Shown here one piece after another: positions 1 through 13,644 of a stretch of DNA of 64,000 nt. Under the pieces are notes generated by a model, which ran no database searches, was not told the origin of the DNA, and was given only the letters and a program-made list of their open reading frames with translations. Each line of letters begins with the position of its first letter. Within the stretch, counting starts at the first letter, position 1. A program made the position numbers and the translations under genes. Source of the stretch: Convolutriloba macropyga (lineage: Eukaryota); assembly GCF_964194025.1 (NCBI RefSeq), contig NC_134470.1:35464001-35528000 (forward strand), given 5' to 3'.

Positions 1-1382
1 TAGTTCTCCTAATTCACTCATAGTCCGTTTTAGGGCCAGTATTTTGTTTTGTCAATAAAAGTTTTTGAATTACGTCAGTACTTTTCCTGCTGTTTTTTTC
101 GCTATACCTTTTGATCGTTTTTTTTTCGTTTTACATAAATCACGATTTTCACGTTTAACTCGTGACTTACTTCAATCAGTGTTTCAACTGAACGGATTTT
201 GATTCCTTTTCGCTAAGCGAGCAAATTTTTGCTAAGTGAGCAAATTTTTTGTTCATGTTCGGTTTTTCGAAGCGTTTTTTTTTCAGTTTTTGGAACCTCA
301 GTTTTATGTTATTAGGTTATTTGGAACCTCTTTCAGTTTTATGTTATTAGGTTATTTCAGACCAAAGTTATTGTTTTAAGGTTATTCTGATAGCGTTGTG
401 AGGTTTTTTGTGATTTAAGGTAGTTTTACGCTAATTTGGAGGTTTTTCAACTAATTCTCCGGTTGTAAGGCTATTTTAGCTATTTCTGGCTTATTGTATT
501 GTATTGCTTTAATTGTCAATAATTGTATGTTTAATACTCGTGGGCAGTTTCTATTACAAATTAAATAGAGGTTCTTTGGTACCAAGCACTTTATTTCTTT
601 GAATTTTGACCAAAAAATGTGAAAAATTGCAATAAATTTTTCCAAGTTTCCAATTTTTCGCTTTTTTTCAAAATCCGAGATATTCTTGTGCTTTTTTCTG
701 CTTGTCCGATTTTGTGTGAGCAATTAAATTATCTTGAATACTTGAAATCATGTTTTACCTTTGTATTTGTACTTGTACAAAGTGAAAAATTAATTGAATT
801 TTTGTCTTTTGTTTGGTTTAAATTACTTTTTAGTTTTTTCTTCGGTTAAGATAGGTATTCTCTTCTTTGAAGCTCACTGCGATCAGAAGCTAAAAATTCG
901 TCAGGCTGAATGTTTGGCGAAGGTATCTTTGATTCTTTTCCGGAATTCTTCCAGCTAGGTTTTATCGATAATTTTGAGTGTATTGAAAACAGGATATAAA
1001 AGTTAATGCCGCACGTGAAAACTGAGCGTTTAGGTCAAACGGCTAAACAAACTGAAGAGCAGAGGTAAGAGAGAGTAATGTTCATGTTGCGTTTTTTAAA
1101 GTGCGAGAAAAGTATGTGTAAAAAATTTTCGCTAAGCAAGCAAAATTTTTTTGATCACGTGCGGCTTTTTCCAAGCATTTTTAATTGCTCTCGAATGAAC
1201 GTGTTTTTTTTTAATGAGGATTTTCCGCGTGACCGTTTTTGCGCTTTTGTTCTAGAATGATCTTCGACTTCACAAGTGACTTTTTCACGTACTTCTTGAT
1301 TTTGAGTGACTTTAATTGCTCTCAACTCCGAAATAAAGTTTGTTGTTCAAACAAAACCGATTGTTACCGATAAGACGACAAG

Positions 1383-1460
1383 GCCGGTATAGCCGAGTTC
1401 TTAATGCCTTTGTCGAGGTGGAATCGGACTCCGGAGGTCGTGGTTCGAACCCTACCTTCG
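1383..1460 (+). mobile_element. tRNA-derived SINE-like head or tRNA pseudogene
   Basis: A-box-like TAGCCGAGTT (1390) and B-box GGTTCGAACCC (1442-1452) in a GC-richer patch; no complete cloverleaf. Confidence 0.45.
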
Positions 1461-1609
1461 TTAGATGTTTATGCACCCATAAAGAAATTTACGCCCCGCC
1501 GGTCATTCGAGAGCACAATTTCTCCGACGGTAGTCGGTTTATGTTTAGTATTGAATTGACAATTGTCAAAGTCGGGAGAAGTTATTTTTACAAGATATAA
1601 TTACTTTTT

Positions 1610-1653
1610 ATGAGCCATATGTTCATGAGCCATATGTTTATGAGCCATATGTT
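1610..1653 (+). repeat. 15-bp unit x3 (atgagccatatgtt[c/t])
   Basis: Read directly; related sequence at ~41245 has a single unit. Confidence 0.85.
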
Positions 1654-4600
1654 TTGGTACTCTAAACATGAACAAAAAAATTATACTAATTTTTGCAATT
1701 TTTTTCCGACTTTAGTTAGTTTATTATAGCTGCGAAGCTGTAAGCTGAGCGGAGCTATATTGCGGTGCTTTTGGTTTTTTGTTTTGTCGTCTGGCGCTCT
1801 TTTTCGTTTTACATCTGTTGACACAGCAAAGCTGAACAAGTCAAATTTTGTGAATGATTTTTCCCTCTCACTAATGGCTTCTGCGCGCGTGACGTCATTT
1901 CTCGCTCTCTCTAGGAAAAGTTTACTGCGTGATTAGATTTTGATCATATGTGACTTACCTCACTCAATAAAATGACTTTTGGCCTTTAAAATTTAAGTTT
2001 ATTTTGAATTAGTTTAAGGTCAAAGGAACTCATAGGTGTAATAAGGTCCCTAATGAAAAGGCTTCTGGCAATGATTTTTAACCAGCTTTATTAATTTATC
2101 GCTGAATTTTTTACATAGCTTTTTGAGCAGCGTCGATAATTTTTTAAACTTGTACCTGTATCTGTTTCTATCTCTATTATACGGCACGCAAGTCTATTGT
2201 TTCGGAGCTATTTCGGCAATCTGCCGGATATGTTTTTCTAAATGGTTTTCCCAATCCATTCATAGTTCATTCTAGGCCTAGTTTTTTGTTTGAACTAGAT
2301 ATCTATTTCTCTATAGTGCTTTTTTGTTCATCTGTGCTAAATAATTTTTTAAACTTATATCTGTATCTGTTTCTATCTCTATTATACGGCACTCAAGTCT
2401 ATTCTATCGCAGCTATTCCGGCAATCTGCCGGATATGTTGTTTTACTTTTTTTACTTTTTCGGTTAGTTACTTTTCTAAACCGTACTAACAAGTAACTGT
2501 AGGTTGAAGAGCCTTATTGGCCATCTCAATATTAATAGTTTTATATGTAATCTTGAGCTTTTTTGTGATTTCGCCTTTTTCAGTACTCTTTTAGTATTTA
2601 GGGACTATGGTATTTTTTGTAGATTGTTGTAGTTGAAGGAAATTTTTTTTGCTTAATTTCTGTTTTTGATGTTTTTTGCCTTATTCTTCTGTTTTTTTTC
2701 TGCCTTTTAGAAGATTTTTGTTATGTTCATTTGTGTAATTAGAGGGCATTTGTAAGGTTATTGTTACTAAATGAAATCAATTGATGGTTCGATAACACAT
2801 ATTTTCAAATAAATTGATCAACTCTGCATTTTTTTTGTTGGTTCTACCTCTTCTCAAGTTTTAAGTGTTTTTCGGAGCATTTGGGTGGCGTGTAGTGGCT
2901 CAATGAGTCTGTAGTAACTGTTTCGCAAAGTATGTTGAGAACAGTTTTTGAGACTTCGCAATTTTCAGAGAATTTTTTAAAAATTTAAGTTTTTTTGGGG
3001 ATTTTGTCCTTTTTTCTTTCTCCGTTTTTCTCCCTTTTCGAGATGGATCACCGGTTATATTTCCCTATCATTTTTTGAACACAAATAAGATCATATCTCA
3101 CAATCTATTATTTACAATTCCTTCCAATAAAGTTTCCAATTTTTTTCATCATTTGTTTTTTTCCCTGTTAATTTGTTTCCTCCTTTTGTCGTTTCAATTT
3201 CAATGGTATAGAGGTTAGTGAGTTTCATAGATTAGTAGTGGGCTAGGGTGTAAGTTAAGTTTTATCTCGAGTCTATTCAAGAGTGTTCTGGCTATGATTT
3301 TACAATTCAAATAATTGGAGAGGGAGTTGTGTTTTTGTGCATACCAGTTTTCGAGAAAGCGCAAAAAATAGGTGAAAAATTTTAGGCGTGAAATTTAATT
3401 TAATAAGTATGCTGTAGGTCTGGGAACACTTTCGAACATTATAAGCATAATTTAGACGTTTACGGGCAATTTTTAGTTGTTTCGACATTTTGGCCTCTTA
3501 GACTCGTGTTTAGCAGTTTTTGTTTTCGACAAGTTTGTACCGTCCGCAGGGAGTTTTCTTAGGTCTCATTAGATTTTGCGATAGTTTTGTTGATCTGGTG
3601 ACGAGTTAGCTATCGTTTTTTGGTTATTTGAATCTTTTGAAATTAATCAATCAAAACTTGTAAAGTAGTTTCAAGATAAAGATTTTGCCGCGATCTTCCT
3701 TTAAAATATTGTCCCTTGTTTCATTTCAAATTGAATGGTTTAAGAATTAAATGGCTGGTTCAATTTATAAAGTAGAATTTTTTACTTGGAGGAGTCAAGT
3801 TTTACATCAAGGTGATTTTCGAGTCTTCCGGCTATGTTTTTTTTAGAGCTGTTAGCACATTTTCTTAATTTTTGAATTCAAATTGAAGCCATGATTTTGG
3901 TCAAGCCGAAACAGGAAGTGGAGTGAAAAAAATTTTCTGCGGCGTGATGCTTTTTCACTCGGGCTTTTTGTAAATGCATTTCCGAATCAATTCCTATTTA
4001 GTTCAAGTTCTAGTTTTTCGTTTTATTGAGTTCTTTGAATTCTACGAATTCTAAAATTGTTTGAGTCGTAGGTCAGGTCTTTTCCTGCCATTTTTCTTGT
4101 TTCTTTTTGTTCCGTTTGATCTCGAATATTTGCCTGACCTTTTCACGCTCGATTTCTTGCGTTTGCGTGATCTGAATTGAAGTTAGCAAAGTGGGTTATC
4201 GCTGAGTGTTTAATATCTGTGGTTGTTATCCGGGAGATCCTGGGTGCGAATCTCTCCATCGTCGAAACTTGTTGTTTGCTAAAAATTTTCTCAAGGATGC
4301 ATCACATTTGAATTAATTTTGCAAGTTTTTAGGTGGCGGCGATAGCTTTTTGAACTCCTTTCTGTCTCTCGCTTTCTATCTGTATCGAACGGCACGCAAT
4401 TCTGTTTCGCATCTTTTCCGGTAATCTGCGGCCTGTGTAATCTTTTATTCCGCATTTCTTAGGGAGCGAGAAAAGTATTTGCGAAAATATTTTCGCTTAG
4501 CAAGAAACATGCTTTGATGAGGCGCCGATTTTTAGAAGCAGTTTTTCTTAATTTTTTAAAAATAAAAGTGGGTTTTTCTATCTTTTTGATAAGTACCTGT

Positions 4601-7289
4601 ATGTTTGGAAGCATTTTTAACCATCGCAGTCATATAATAGGCTTTTAGATGCAACCCGTAGCTATGTTCTTGTATTCCCCAGTTTTAGAATGTTTTTTAT
4701 GGATTTTGTATTTGGTTGATGTTAATTTTTATAACTTTTGGTGAACTGTCTTACTGATATCAATTTATGTTGTTTTTAGTTTAAGAATTTTAGCGGAAAT
4801 TCCATCAACATTTCACTTTTTTTCAAGATTTTACAGTTTGTGTGTAGTGTGGGTGCTCAATTTATCAGCTGGAAGCGTTTCTTAGGTATTGTTCAGAACA
4901 ATTACTGAGACCCTGCAGTTTTAGAAATAGTAAAAGAATTTTAGAATTGGTTCTTTAGTTTTTTCATGTTTCTCGGCTTTTCTCCTTCTTGTTTACGTTT
5001 TTGTTCTTTTTTCTACCAAATGGTAGCCCTTTGTTGAAATCTATCGTTATCTGTTGAGGTCGCAGCCAAGCCATTGATCCCTGGAATTAAGTTGAAAACT
5101 TCTTAAGTTTGTTCTTATTTCACATTATTTCAAAGATAATAGTTGTTGATTAGTCACTTATCATGACCGATCATGCAGTTTGTTAGTCAATCACTGAATC
5201 AGTAGAATTTTAAGCTCATCCGTCTGTGCTAATATTTGTGTGTAACTGATATAAAAAATTTTTAACCTCTAAAGTGTATGATAAATAAACCTGTGCTTCC
5301 TGTGATCTGTAAACTTTTCATGAAGTAAATCTATTTTTGGTAAGCTTGATTTGGTTAAATTCTGATCAAGTCAAAAGTTAAATTTGTGAAATGGGAGCTA
5401 GTGGACATTAGTTGCTGTGAACTGAAACAAAATAGTTGAAAACAGAGAATGAAACGCTTTTTCTCGAGTCAGTTTTCTTCAAAGGGAGCTAAGTTCCTTA
5501 GAACAGCTTACAAGAAGTAGTTAAACTTTGAGTGGTTGCAGAACGTTGCTCAAGCAAGTTACCAACCTACCTTAGCTAAGCAAAGTTGATTTCAAGTTTA
5601 CAGGACGATTACCAACGAGCAAGTCGGTTTTTCGACCATAAATCCTCTTACGGTTTTTCGACGATAAAACCTGTTTGTTTTATCGAGGCTCAACTGTTTA
5701 GCCCCGAGAGCTGTTCTATTTTAGTTGATCATAGTTACTGGCGTTGTGGTTTTATTACAAGGCGTTTTGGGCAATCAATAAAAAATTTACAAAAACTCCA
5801 TGTGAACCCGGTCTATTTGAACACGTTGAAAACTGTCCATTTGGTCAAAATCTCTGGTTTTATTGCGTGCCCAAGCTCTAATTTTGATCGTATACAGCGA
5901 AATTCATTTCTTTGGGATTTAAAGACTGGAATCAAAATTCAAGTCAAAAGTACTACGACCACATTAAACCGTTTCCAGTAATTTGAAGTAGGAACGCGAT
6001 ACACGGTTTGCATCTGTCGGTTACTCAAGTTTGAAACTCGATAGCCAAGTTTTATTACACCAATGTAACTACTAGTCTTATAGTTGTTGCGACCTTTGTT
6101 GGAAGAGTATGTAGTAGGTAAAACTTAAATTATAGATTCTGGTAAAATTTTGTTTTGCTAAAATTTCACGATAATCAAAATCAATCTTCCACTAAACGAA
6201 TCGGGGGTACGAAACCAGCTTTTGGAACCAACCAACAGTTGCCAGCGGTAACAGTATTAGTCATTTGATGAACAATGGTCCTTCTAGCTTAGTTTGTCAA
6301 AAGTTTTCAAGACAATCTCCAATTTTGCTTTTCACTTCTACTTTGTTTCGTCCGTTTGTGGTTTCAAGTTTTATTCTATGATAATGTAATTAGTTTTTTA
6401 TTTACTTATTTTTAGACTGTGGCATAAAATTATCTGTTTATTGTATGATTATGTAATTGTTTTTTGGTTTAGTTAGTTTTAGGCTGTTGCATAAACTTAG
6501 TTTCACTTCGAATCGATTCCGGAGTCTTCCGTCTTTTTAATCGACTTTTTGTTGGGGGATGTGTTATAGCAGATGTCAAATTTCGCACGTGAAAAGAAGT
6601 ATGTAGGTCAATCTGCTGAACAAAAGTCGAAGCACATAGGGAATTGAGAGTCGTTTTGTTCATTCATTGTTCAGTGAGATCGAAAAAAGATAGGAGTGAA
6701 TTAATTTGCGCCCAGCGAGCGAACTTGAACTGATTTAACCGAAATACTAGTTTTCATTTACATACAATGAAGGTTGGAAAACTTTATTGACCATAGGAAG
6801 CAAGTTTAAGTGTTTATGCTGTAATTTTGATCTACTTTTGTTATTTTTTTTGGTTGCTTAATTAGCTGATTTTGGATCAAATTTTATTGTATTTGGAAAG
6901 ATTTTTAGTTAAATGTTGTATTATCAGTGTCTTCTGTAACCATATCAATTGATTGATTTTTTAAAGTTGTTTTTGTCCACGAAAATTGATGAAATTACAT
7001 CAAATTTTGGCTTTTTTTCGATTTTTTTTGCCTATTTGTCCGTTTTTGTGCTTTTCGGGCTCGTTTTTCTTGTTCAATCGTTTATATAGAACTATTCCTT
7101 TTTCCGTTGTTGAGGGGAGGCTTTTGAATGTCATCCAGGCCAGTACTTGAACTAAATGCAACACTTTTTTGGTACGTAGCAATGTGAAGAGAATATTGTA
7201 AAATTTAGTAGTCGAAGTTTTTAGTATTCGAAATTTAGTAGTCGACGTCAATTTCGCGCCTTAGCGTCCTAGAGACTCGGATGCAGATT

Positions 7290-7900
7290 ATTGAGCTCTA
7301 ACCAGCGCGAAGATTAATGGACAGAAAGTGGCTTTCTCCACATCAATTATTCTTTGCTCTCGTATATATTTTTCTTATGGACTCTTGATATTGGTATGCA
7401 CAAATATCACCAGTGGATTGATTTTTTTTTGCTTCGAAATGGGCATTAATCTTAACTCAATGTCAAAGACCATTAGCTATGATCTCTAATCTTGCGTCAT
7501 CCTCAGTTGTTGTTGCACGCGTACACGGATGGCATTTAACCGGATCCCGGCCATAGCGTTGGGCAATACCATCACAGACACTCGTTTGTTATTGAATCAC
7601 ATTGATATCGCTTCAATGGCAGAGCATGACGTTCAGCTAACTTGATGCTCTTCTTTCCCTAGCAAGTTCGTGACCGAATCTCACTCTGTCGTTTTCGCCT
7701 TATTATTTGTAGTTTTTGTTTTGAGAATAGACTCCTTGTTTTCAGATATAATTATATAATGTTTTATCTCAGCTTCTGATGCTGATGAGAGAAATGAACG
7801 ATGAATTGATCTTTGGTATTTAACCGAACGATCATCAGTTCCTGATGTTAAGACTATCCTCCCTGCAAAGGTTACGGGAAATTTTTCTGGCACTTTGAAT
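7290..7900 (-). mobile_element. Degenerate 3' portion of a CRE-like (RLE-type) non-LTR retrotransposon
   Basis: Broken minus-strand frames read, in order, ELARERRASS*LN, LPLKRY, DGIAQRYG, TTEDDARLEIIANGL and EQRIIDVEKATFCPLIFA. These match the recalled C-terminal motifs of CRE-clade ORFs. Confidence 0.7.
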
Positions 7901-9048
7901 TGTGAACGATATTCTGTAATACATTCACCGTAACACTTAGAATTGTGTACCGGATTATTTTCAATTCCTCCTTTTGTCTCATACAATGCTGGGGCTCCAA
8001 GTATGCAACAACAGCGGCGAATTGTCATGTTTATCTTTTTTTCTCATTTTTCTAAATCATTGCTTTCGGTTTCAAACTTGTTTTTCGTACGGATTTTATT
8101 TTGTTGTCTTATTATTTTTTTCCTTTCGTGCTGATTGTTGATTGCTAGTAGCAGCGTAACCTATGGAAATTTTTATGCGTTTTGTCTGGATCTCCTTCAA
8201 TTTTTGAGTTCTGTTTGAGTTTGGTTTTTTGTTTCGCTTTTGCTTATAATGGTGTTTTTAGTGAAATAGTTCTTTTCTAAATCCTTATCATAGGTACTCG
8301 CAAATCAAATTTTGGTTGCTTAACTGATTTTGGTATCTAGGCTGAGTGTTTAGAGGATTTTTTAAATGATAATCTGTCCATGAATATTCTGGGATTACAT
8401 TTTATAATTCGTTTATATCTTCTTTCTTTTTCCTGATCGGTTTCCATATTGAGACTAAGTTGATCAGACGGTCTCGAACATAGACGAACTATCAGTGACA
8501 TGTGTGTTGCGAGAAGCAAGAACCTGTTTTTTGTTTTATTTCTATTTTTGCAGTTTGGTTTCATTGATTTGTTCTTTTATGGTTACTAAGATTGTTAGCT
8601 ACATTGCTTTCCTGTCTGCTTTAAGCATTCCTAATTTGTCTTTCTGGGAGATCTGATTTTTTTAAACAGTAGTGATAGGTATTTCAACCTTTTGGAGTTT
8701 AACAACAGTCTTTGAGAGTTTTTTTCCAGTATCAAGATTTTTGTGTCCTTTTTCTTTTTCACTTTTCAGAAGCTTTTTTCATTTTTAGAGTTTTTTTGTT
8801 TTTACGGGAAAATGTTATTCTCAGAGTTTTAATAAGTTGTTAATATGAGCATGGTCTTTCGTTGAGCAAGCTATTTTTTTTTGAGACTGCATAAATGATC
8901 TGAAGGATGAGGGTTCTTTTTTACAAATTGATAAATTTTCCACTGCAAGCTTCTGTTGACTATGGGGACGCAGCAACCAAATTTCTCAACAAAATATTTT
9001 GTTTTTGCAAAATTTACATCGTCTCTAAAATATATCTGGCTTCAATAA

Positions 9049-12000
9049 TTGTTCCGACCCAATTGTGGGGGGGGAACTATATACTCAGATGGGTTTTTTT
9101 TGTTCAGTCAATTTTCGCCGATCGATATATTCATCGTAGAGAAATGTGAGTGGTATCATTAAAAAGCTGTTCCAGCGTAGAATTCAAAATTGAAAAGATT
9201 TTTTTGAATTTCGTTTTTTTCGAGGAGTTATCGAGGATTGAAGTTTTGTGTGGGATATTTGGCATGATTTTGTTCACTTTTAGTGTAATTTTTCTTCAAA
9301 TTAAGTCATTTTCTATAAATTGTATTTCAAGTTTACATTTCATACCACAAAATGAACCAATTATGTGTTCCTAATAGACTGAAAGCGATAAAAACACTAG
9401 TTCTGGTCTCATAGTGAAATTCACTATAAAACATCGAATTCTGTTTGAGAGCTTTTTTAAAGAAAATTTTTCAGTTTTTTTGTTTTTTGAGTCACCTAGA
9501 GATTAGTCATTTTTCATATCGAGGTTCCGTTAACGACAAACCTCATTTACAGTCAAATGAAGCCCAATGAACAAAAGTAGTCGTTTTCAAAGAATCGCTC
9601 ATGTTTTTTTTGGATTCGACACTGAGTTTTCGTAATTTTAAATGAAAATTTGATTTTCTTTTTGAGGAATTACTACTTTTTTGGAGTCCTATGGCATGAA
9701 CTCATTGACTAAAGGTGCAATATTTTCTGTAATGAGCATTAAGTGAACATATCTAGTGCTTTGAATTGTCAGCTATTGGCTGTTAATTCTTTTGAAGAAT
9801 AATTTTTCAACATTATTCTTTTTGAACATTAAATTTTTTTTGAACATTAACCAATCATAAACTTATTTTCGTGAACTGTAAGTCAGTCTCAGTAATGAAA
9901 AGACCCTCTTCCTTCTTACTGCAACCAAATTTTATCTGGTTAGCGGTTTTATCTACTAACTATGGGATATATGAATTCAATGACACAAGATCTCATTTTT
10001 TTTTTTAATTTTTGTGGTTATTTTCGTATTATTGGTTACTTTTGAACTCATATCACATTATCCAAATATTGATAGCTCCCATTGGCTTAGAAAATACGTT
10101 CAGTTGATCACTGATAAATTTTTCAGAGAAATGCGTATGATTCAAATGGCTTTGACACTTTCTTCTCTCACTTTTCTACTGAATTTTTGGTTTTTGCCTG
10201 TTTTTGTTGTTGTTTTCATAGTGGTAAGTTTTATTGTGATGTCTTATTGATTACCTATGAATGACAAACGTCATTGTCCTCACATCAGATTTTAATTGAC
10301 CGTATTTATTGACTTCCGTTGAAAGCTAGTGATTTTAATGGCTGTTAAGACTTTGAAAATAATTTTTCGAAAATTTTTCTGAATATTAACCAATCTTAAA
10401 CTTTTCGTGGACTGTTAGTCAGTCTAAGTGTTGACATGACCCCCTTCTTTTCTACTGCAACCAAATTTTATCTGGTTAGCGGTTTTATCTACTAACTATG
10501 GGATATATGAATTCAATGACACAAGATCTCAATTTTTGTGGATATTTTCGTATTATTGTTTACTTTTGAACTCTTATCACATTATCCAAATATTGATAGC
10601 TCCCATTGGCTTGAAAAAGACGTTCAGTGGATCACAGGTGAATTTTTCAGAAAAAGGCTTATGTTTTAAATGGCTCCGGCACTTACTTCTCGCATTTCCT
10701 ACTGAGTTTTTGGTTTTTGTCTGTTTTTGTTGTTGTTTTCATAGTCATAAGACTTTTTGTGATGCTTTATCGGTTAACTATGCATGAAAAATGTCTTTTT
10801 CTCCCATTGGGGCATATCGGACTGTATTTATTGACTTCCGTTGAAAGCTATTGAATTTAATGGCTGTTAAGTTTCGAAAAATTTTTAAACATTAACCAAT
10901 CTTACCTTTTTTCGTGAACTGTGAGTCAGTCTCAGTATTGAAAGGACTCCCTTCTTTTCTACTGCATAAAAGATGGATCTGGTTTCCGGTTTTATCTTCT
11001 ACCTAATAGTTTTAAGACTTCAATGCCAAGGGTTTTCATAATTTTTTTAAAATTTTTGGAGACTCTTTCTTATTTTTGGTTGCTTTTGAAATCTTATCAC
11101 ATTATCCTAATACTGATAGTTCCCATTGGTTTAGGGGATACGTTCAATGGATCATAGCAGAGTAAAGCTTATGATTTAAATTGCTTCGACACTTTCTTCA
11201 GGCGCTTTTCTACTGAATTTTTCGTTTTTGCCTGTGTTTGTTGTTTTATAGTCAATAACCTGTTGTAATGGTTTATTGATGAAATATGAATGGCAAACAA
11301 CCTTGTCGTCCTATCAATTTATTGTATATACTTGCTTCCGTTGGAAGCTTTTGAATTGTATGGCGTTGATACTATGAATTTTCACAAAAATTTCGTGGGT
11401 TCTCAAAATTTATTTGAAACAAGAAAAATTTTTAATGAAAAGTTCACTTTTTAATGCTTTCGACACTTTTCTCGCTCAATTTTTTTTTTGATATTGCAAT
11501 TTTTTTTCCTGTTTTTTTGTTCTTTAGGTAGCCGTAAATTGCTGACCGGTCGCATAAGCTTGTAATTGAAGATTGAATGAATGATGTTACCCGAAGCACT
11601 CAGTTTTTAGCGAATAGTCTTTATGATATACATTTCCAATTTTTTTTTCAAACTTTTCAGTTTTTGTTTTGTCTTTTTCCAACTTGTAACTTATTTTCAT
11701 CATTGAGAGGTCCCGTCCAATTTCTGTATTTCAAAAAATAACGTATCTACTTATGTGATTTGTCACTGACGTTTCGTTTGTTGGACAGTATGCGTTTTTG
11801 AAAACGTTTTTTGAGTGGTCAGTTTTGTGTTTCTTTTACTCTTCTTTCAACACAATCGCGTAATAACAGATCCCAATGGTTTTCAAATGTGGCCCAGGTA
11901 AACGTAGTTAATATCTCAGTATAAATCCTTTAGTTGAAATAGGAGAAATGACAATTGAATTAAAAGAAGTACATAATATTCAGATAATAGCTAATGACTT

Positions 12001-12634
12001 AAATGGTATCAATTGTTTGTGTTTTCGCAAATCGTTTGTAATTTTTTGAATTTTTCTGCATCTTTAGTCCGTTTCTATGGCTTAGTCTAACCAAAGACAG
12101 GTCCTTTTGGTTTCGTAATAACTTTTTAGTTATTTGTCAAGGTTTATTTAGTTAAAAGCTAATGCTTTTTAAAAGTTTTGGAATTTCTTGGTTTAAAAAA
12201 TATTGATCAATTTTTGAATTTCGCCTCATCTTTGTCGAATTGTTACCTAGTCTCATTAAGAAAAATTTCCATCTGCTGTATGGTTAGGAAAAAGTAAATT
12301 TGTGTAGTTAATGTTTTATCTGACTGCATTTTGTCTTTGTTACTAGGTGCTTTTAAATTTTGATATTCAATTTTTGCCGTGATATTTTTATTTTTGCTAA
12401 TTTTGTTGTTTGTTTTTTTTCTCGTAGTCTCTTTAACGGCAGATCTTGTTGGCGCTGTAATGAGGCATGGCATTATGTAATTCAATTAGTGGTTAGATTG
12501 TGTAATGGTTGTTTTAACCTGAAATATCTATTTTTGTTTTATCGTCATTTGGTTGACAATTAAGTAAAGAATGTTGATATGCTCGGTTCGGAACATCATG
12601 TGCAAACGCAGCCTCCTTAACGAGCCTCCTTGTT
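9049..12634 (+). mobile_element. Family A non-autonomous Helentron/DINE-1-like element, copy A1
   Basis: 5' ttGTTCCGACCC at 9049-9060; 3' sub-TIR GGTTCGGAAC, a decayed palindrome and cgagcctccttgtt; three internal ~520-bp subrepeats. Confidence 0.7.
9840..11350 (+). repeat. Three ~500-540 bp subrepeats inside A1
   Basis: aa(c/t)attaaccaatc...ttcgtg(a/g)actgt..gtcagtct recurs at ~9843, ~10382 and ~10888. Confidence 0.85.
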
Positions 12635-13515
12635 TTACATTTGGCTCTCAAATTGAATTGTTGCTTGAGTTGTCTTTCGTCAGCTAAGTTGTAACAAATG
12701 AGTTCAAAGCTTCTTTAGTTTTGTTCTGCTGACTGTGCTTTTGCTGTTCGGTAGTTCTGTTGAGTCGTTTCCGGATTCTTTGCAGCTGTTTTTTTATGTC
12801 GTTAATGTTTTCATAACGCCGTGACGCTCACTTAAAAAAACAGCATTTTGTTCATTTAATTATACAATTTTTTAAAAATTGTGGGAGTAGCGTGATTTGT
12901 AAACTTGTACACTTGGAGTTTTTTGTTCATTCGCGTGAACAGATTTGTGGTCACACGTTCCTCTCTCTCATTTTGACTTGTGTTGACCAGAAAAGTTCAG
13001 GTCAATTGAATCTTGAATGGTTCAACTTTGAAAGGAACAATTGAAAAGTCAACTTAATCTAATTGAAGATTATTTGAGTGCAACTTCATAGTAAACAAGT
13101 CTAAATTTCAGACATCACAAAAATTTGTATAATTACTTCAGATTTTTAGGTCTCTTATCATTCGTATTTTGAGACTACATGTCTATAATGCTATCGCAGC
13201 TATTTTCTGGCAATATGCCAGTTATATTTAATGCTTGTTTGGTTGCCAGTTCAGTCATGCAAATCAATCGCAGCTTTTTTGGGCAAGCATCGATTATACC
13301 ATCTTACGAAGCACGTGTTTGAGACGCACATTCTCAATAGTGCCTAGGTTGTACCAAATTTTGCCCTTCTTGGCTTATATGGAGCATTTTTTTTGGTAAG
13401 AACGTCTTTGTTGGAGCAATTGCTGTGCTTGGCACAGCAAACTGTGATTCAACTTATTCGCATTGTGATGTAATCTGCAATTCATACATTTAAAGTTACA
13501 AGCCAATGTTTTCAG

Positions 13516-13644
13516 GATTTTGATGAAGACGGCGAGGGTGGCTACAAGTACAAGAGTCCACTTAGTGAGAGACTAAAAACTGTGCTCGGTGCGACTGCAT
13601 CAACAACGGCCAATGGAAGTTCAACATGCTCAGAGGTGGATTGA
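13516..13644 (+). CDS. Probable terminal coding exon of an upstream gene (DFDEDGEGGYKYKSPLSERLKTVLGATASTTANGSSTCSEVD*)
   Basis: aatgttttcAG acceptor and a coding-like GC island, followed by unique UTR-like sequence with AATAAA near 13970 and 15375. The reading phase is assumed. Confidence 0.35.
   Translation, partial: DFDEDGEGGYKYKSPLSERLKTVLGATASTTANGSSTCSEVD

Larger units (their letters stand above)
1..2438 (+). mobile_element. Family B-related sequence (starts before the window) with a doubled 3' terminus
   Basis: Positions 1-100 match 22820-22915. A ~95-bp terminal block containing cggcaatctgccggatatgtt occurs at ~2140-2233 and ~2345-2438. Confidence 0.55.

Noticed and set aside
1610-1653. 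Short direct repeats as a CRISPR-like array
   Set aside because: No spacers, eukaryotic context, no cas genes.
5440-6060. Possible very old Gypsy RT/RNase H remnant (FEW, GIKIQV..DH-like fragments)
   Set aside because: Motifs are too degraded to support without a search.
13207-13221. Apparent compensatory change in the family B hairpin (CTGGCA..TGCCAG versus CCGGCA..TGCCGG)
   Set aside because: Both changes are ordinary CpG transitions, so this is not evidence of selection on pairing.
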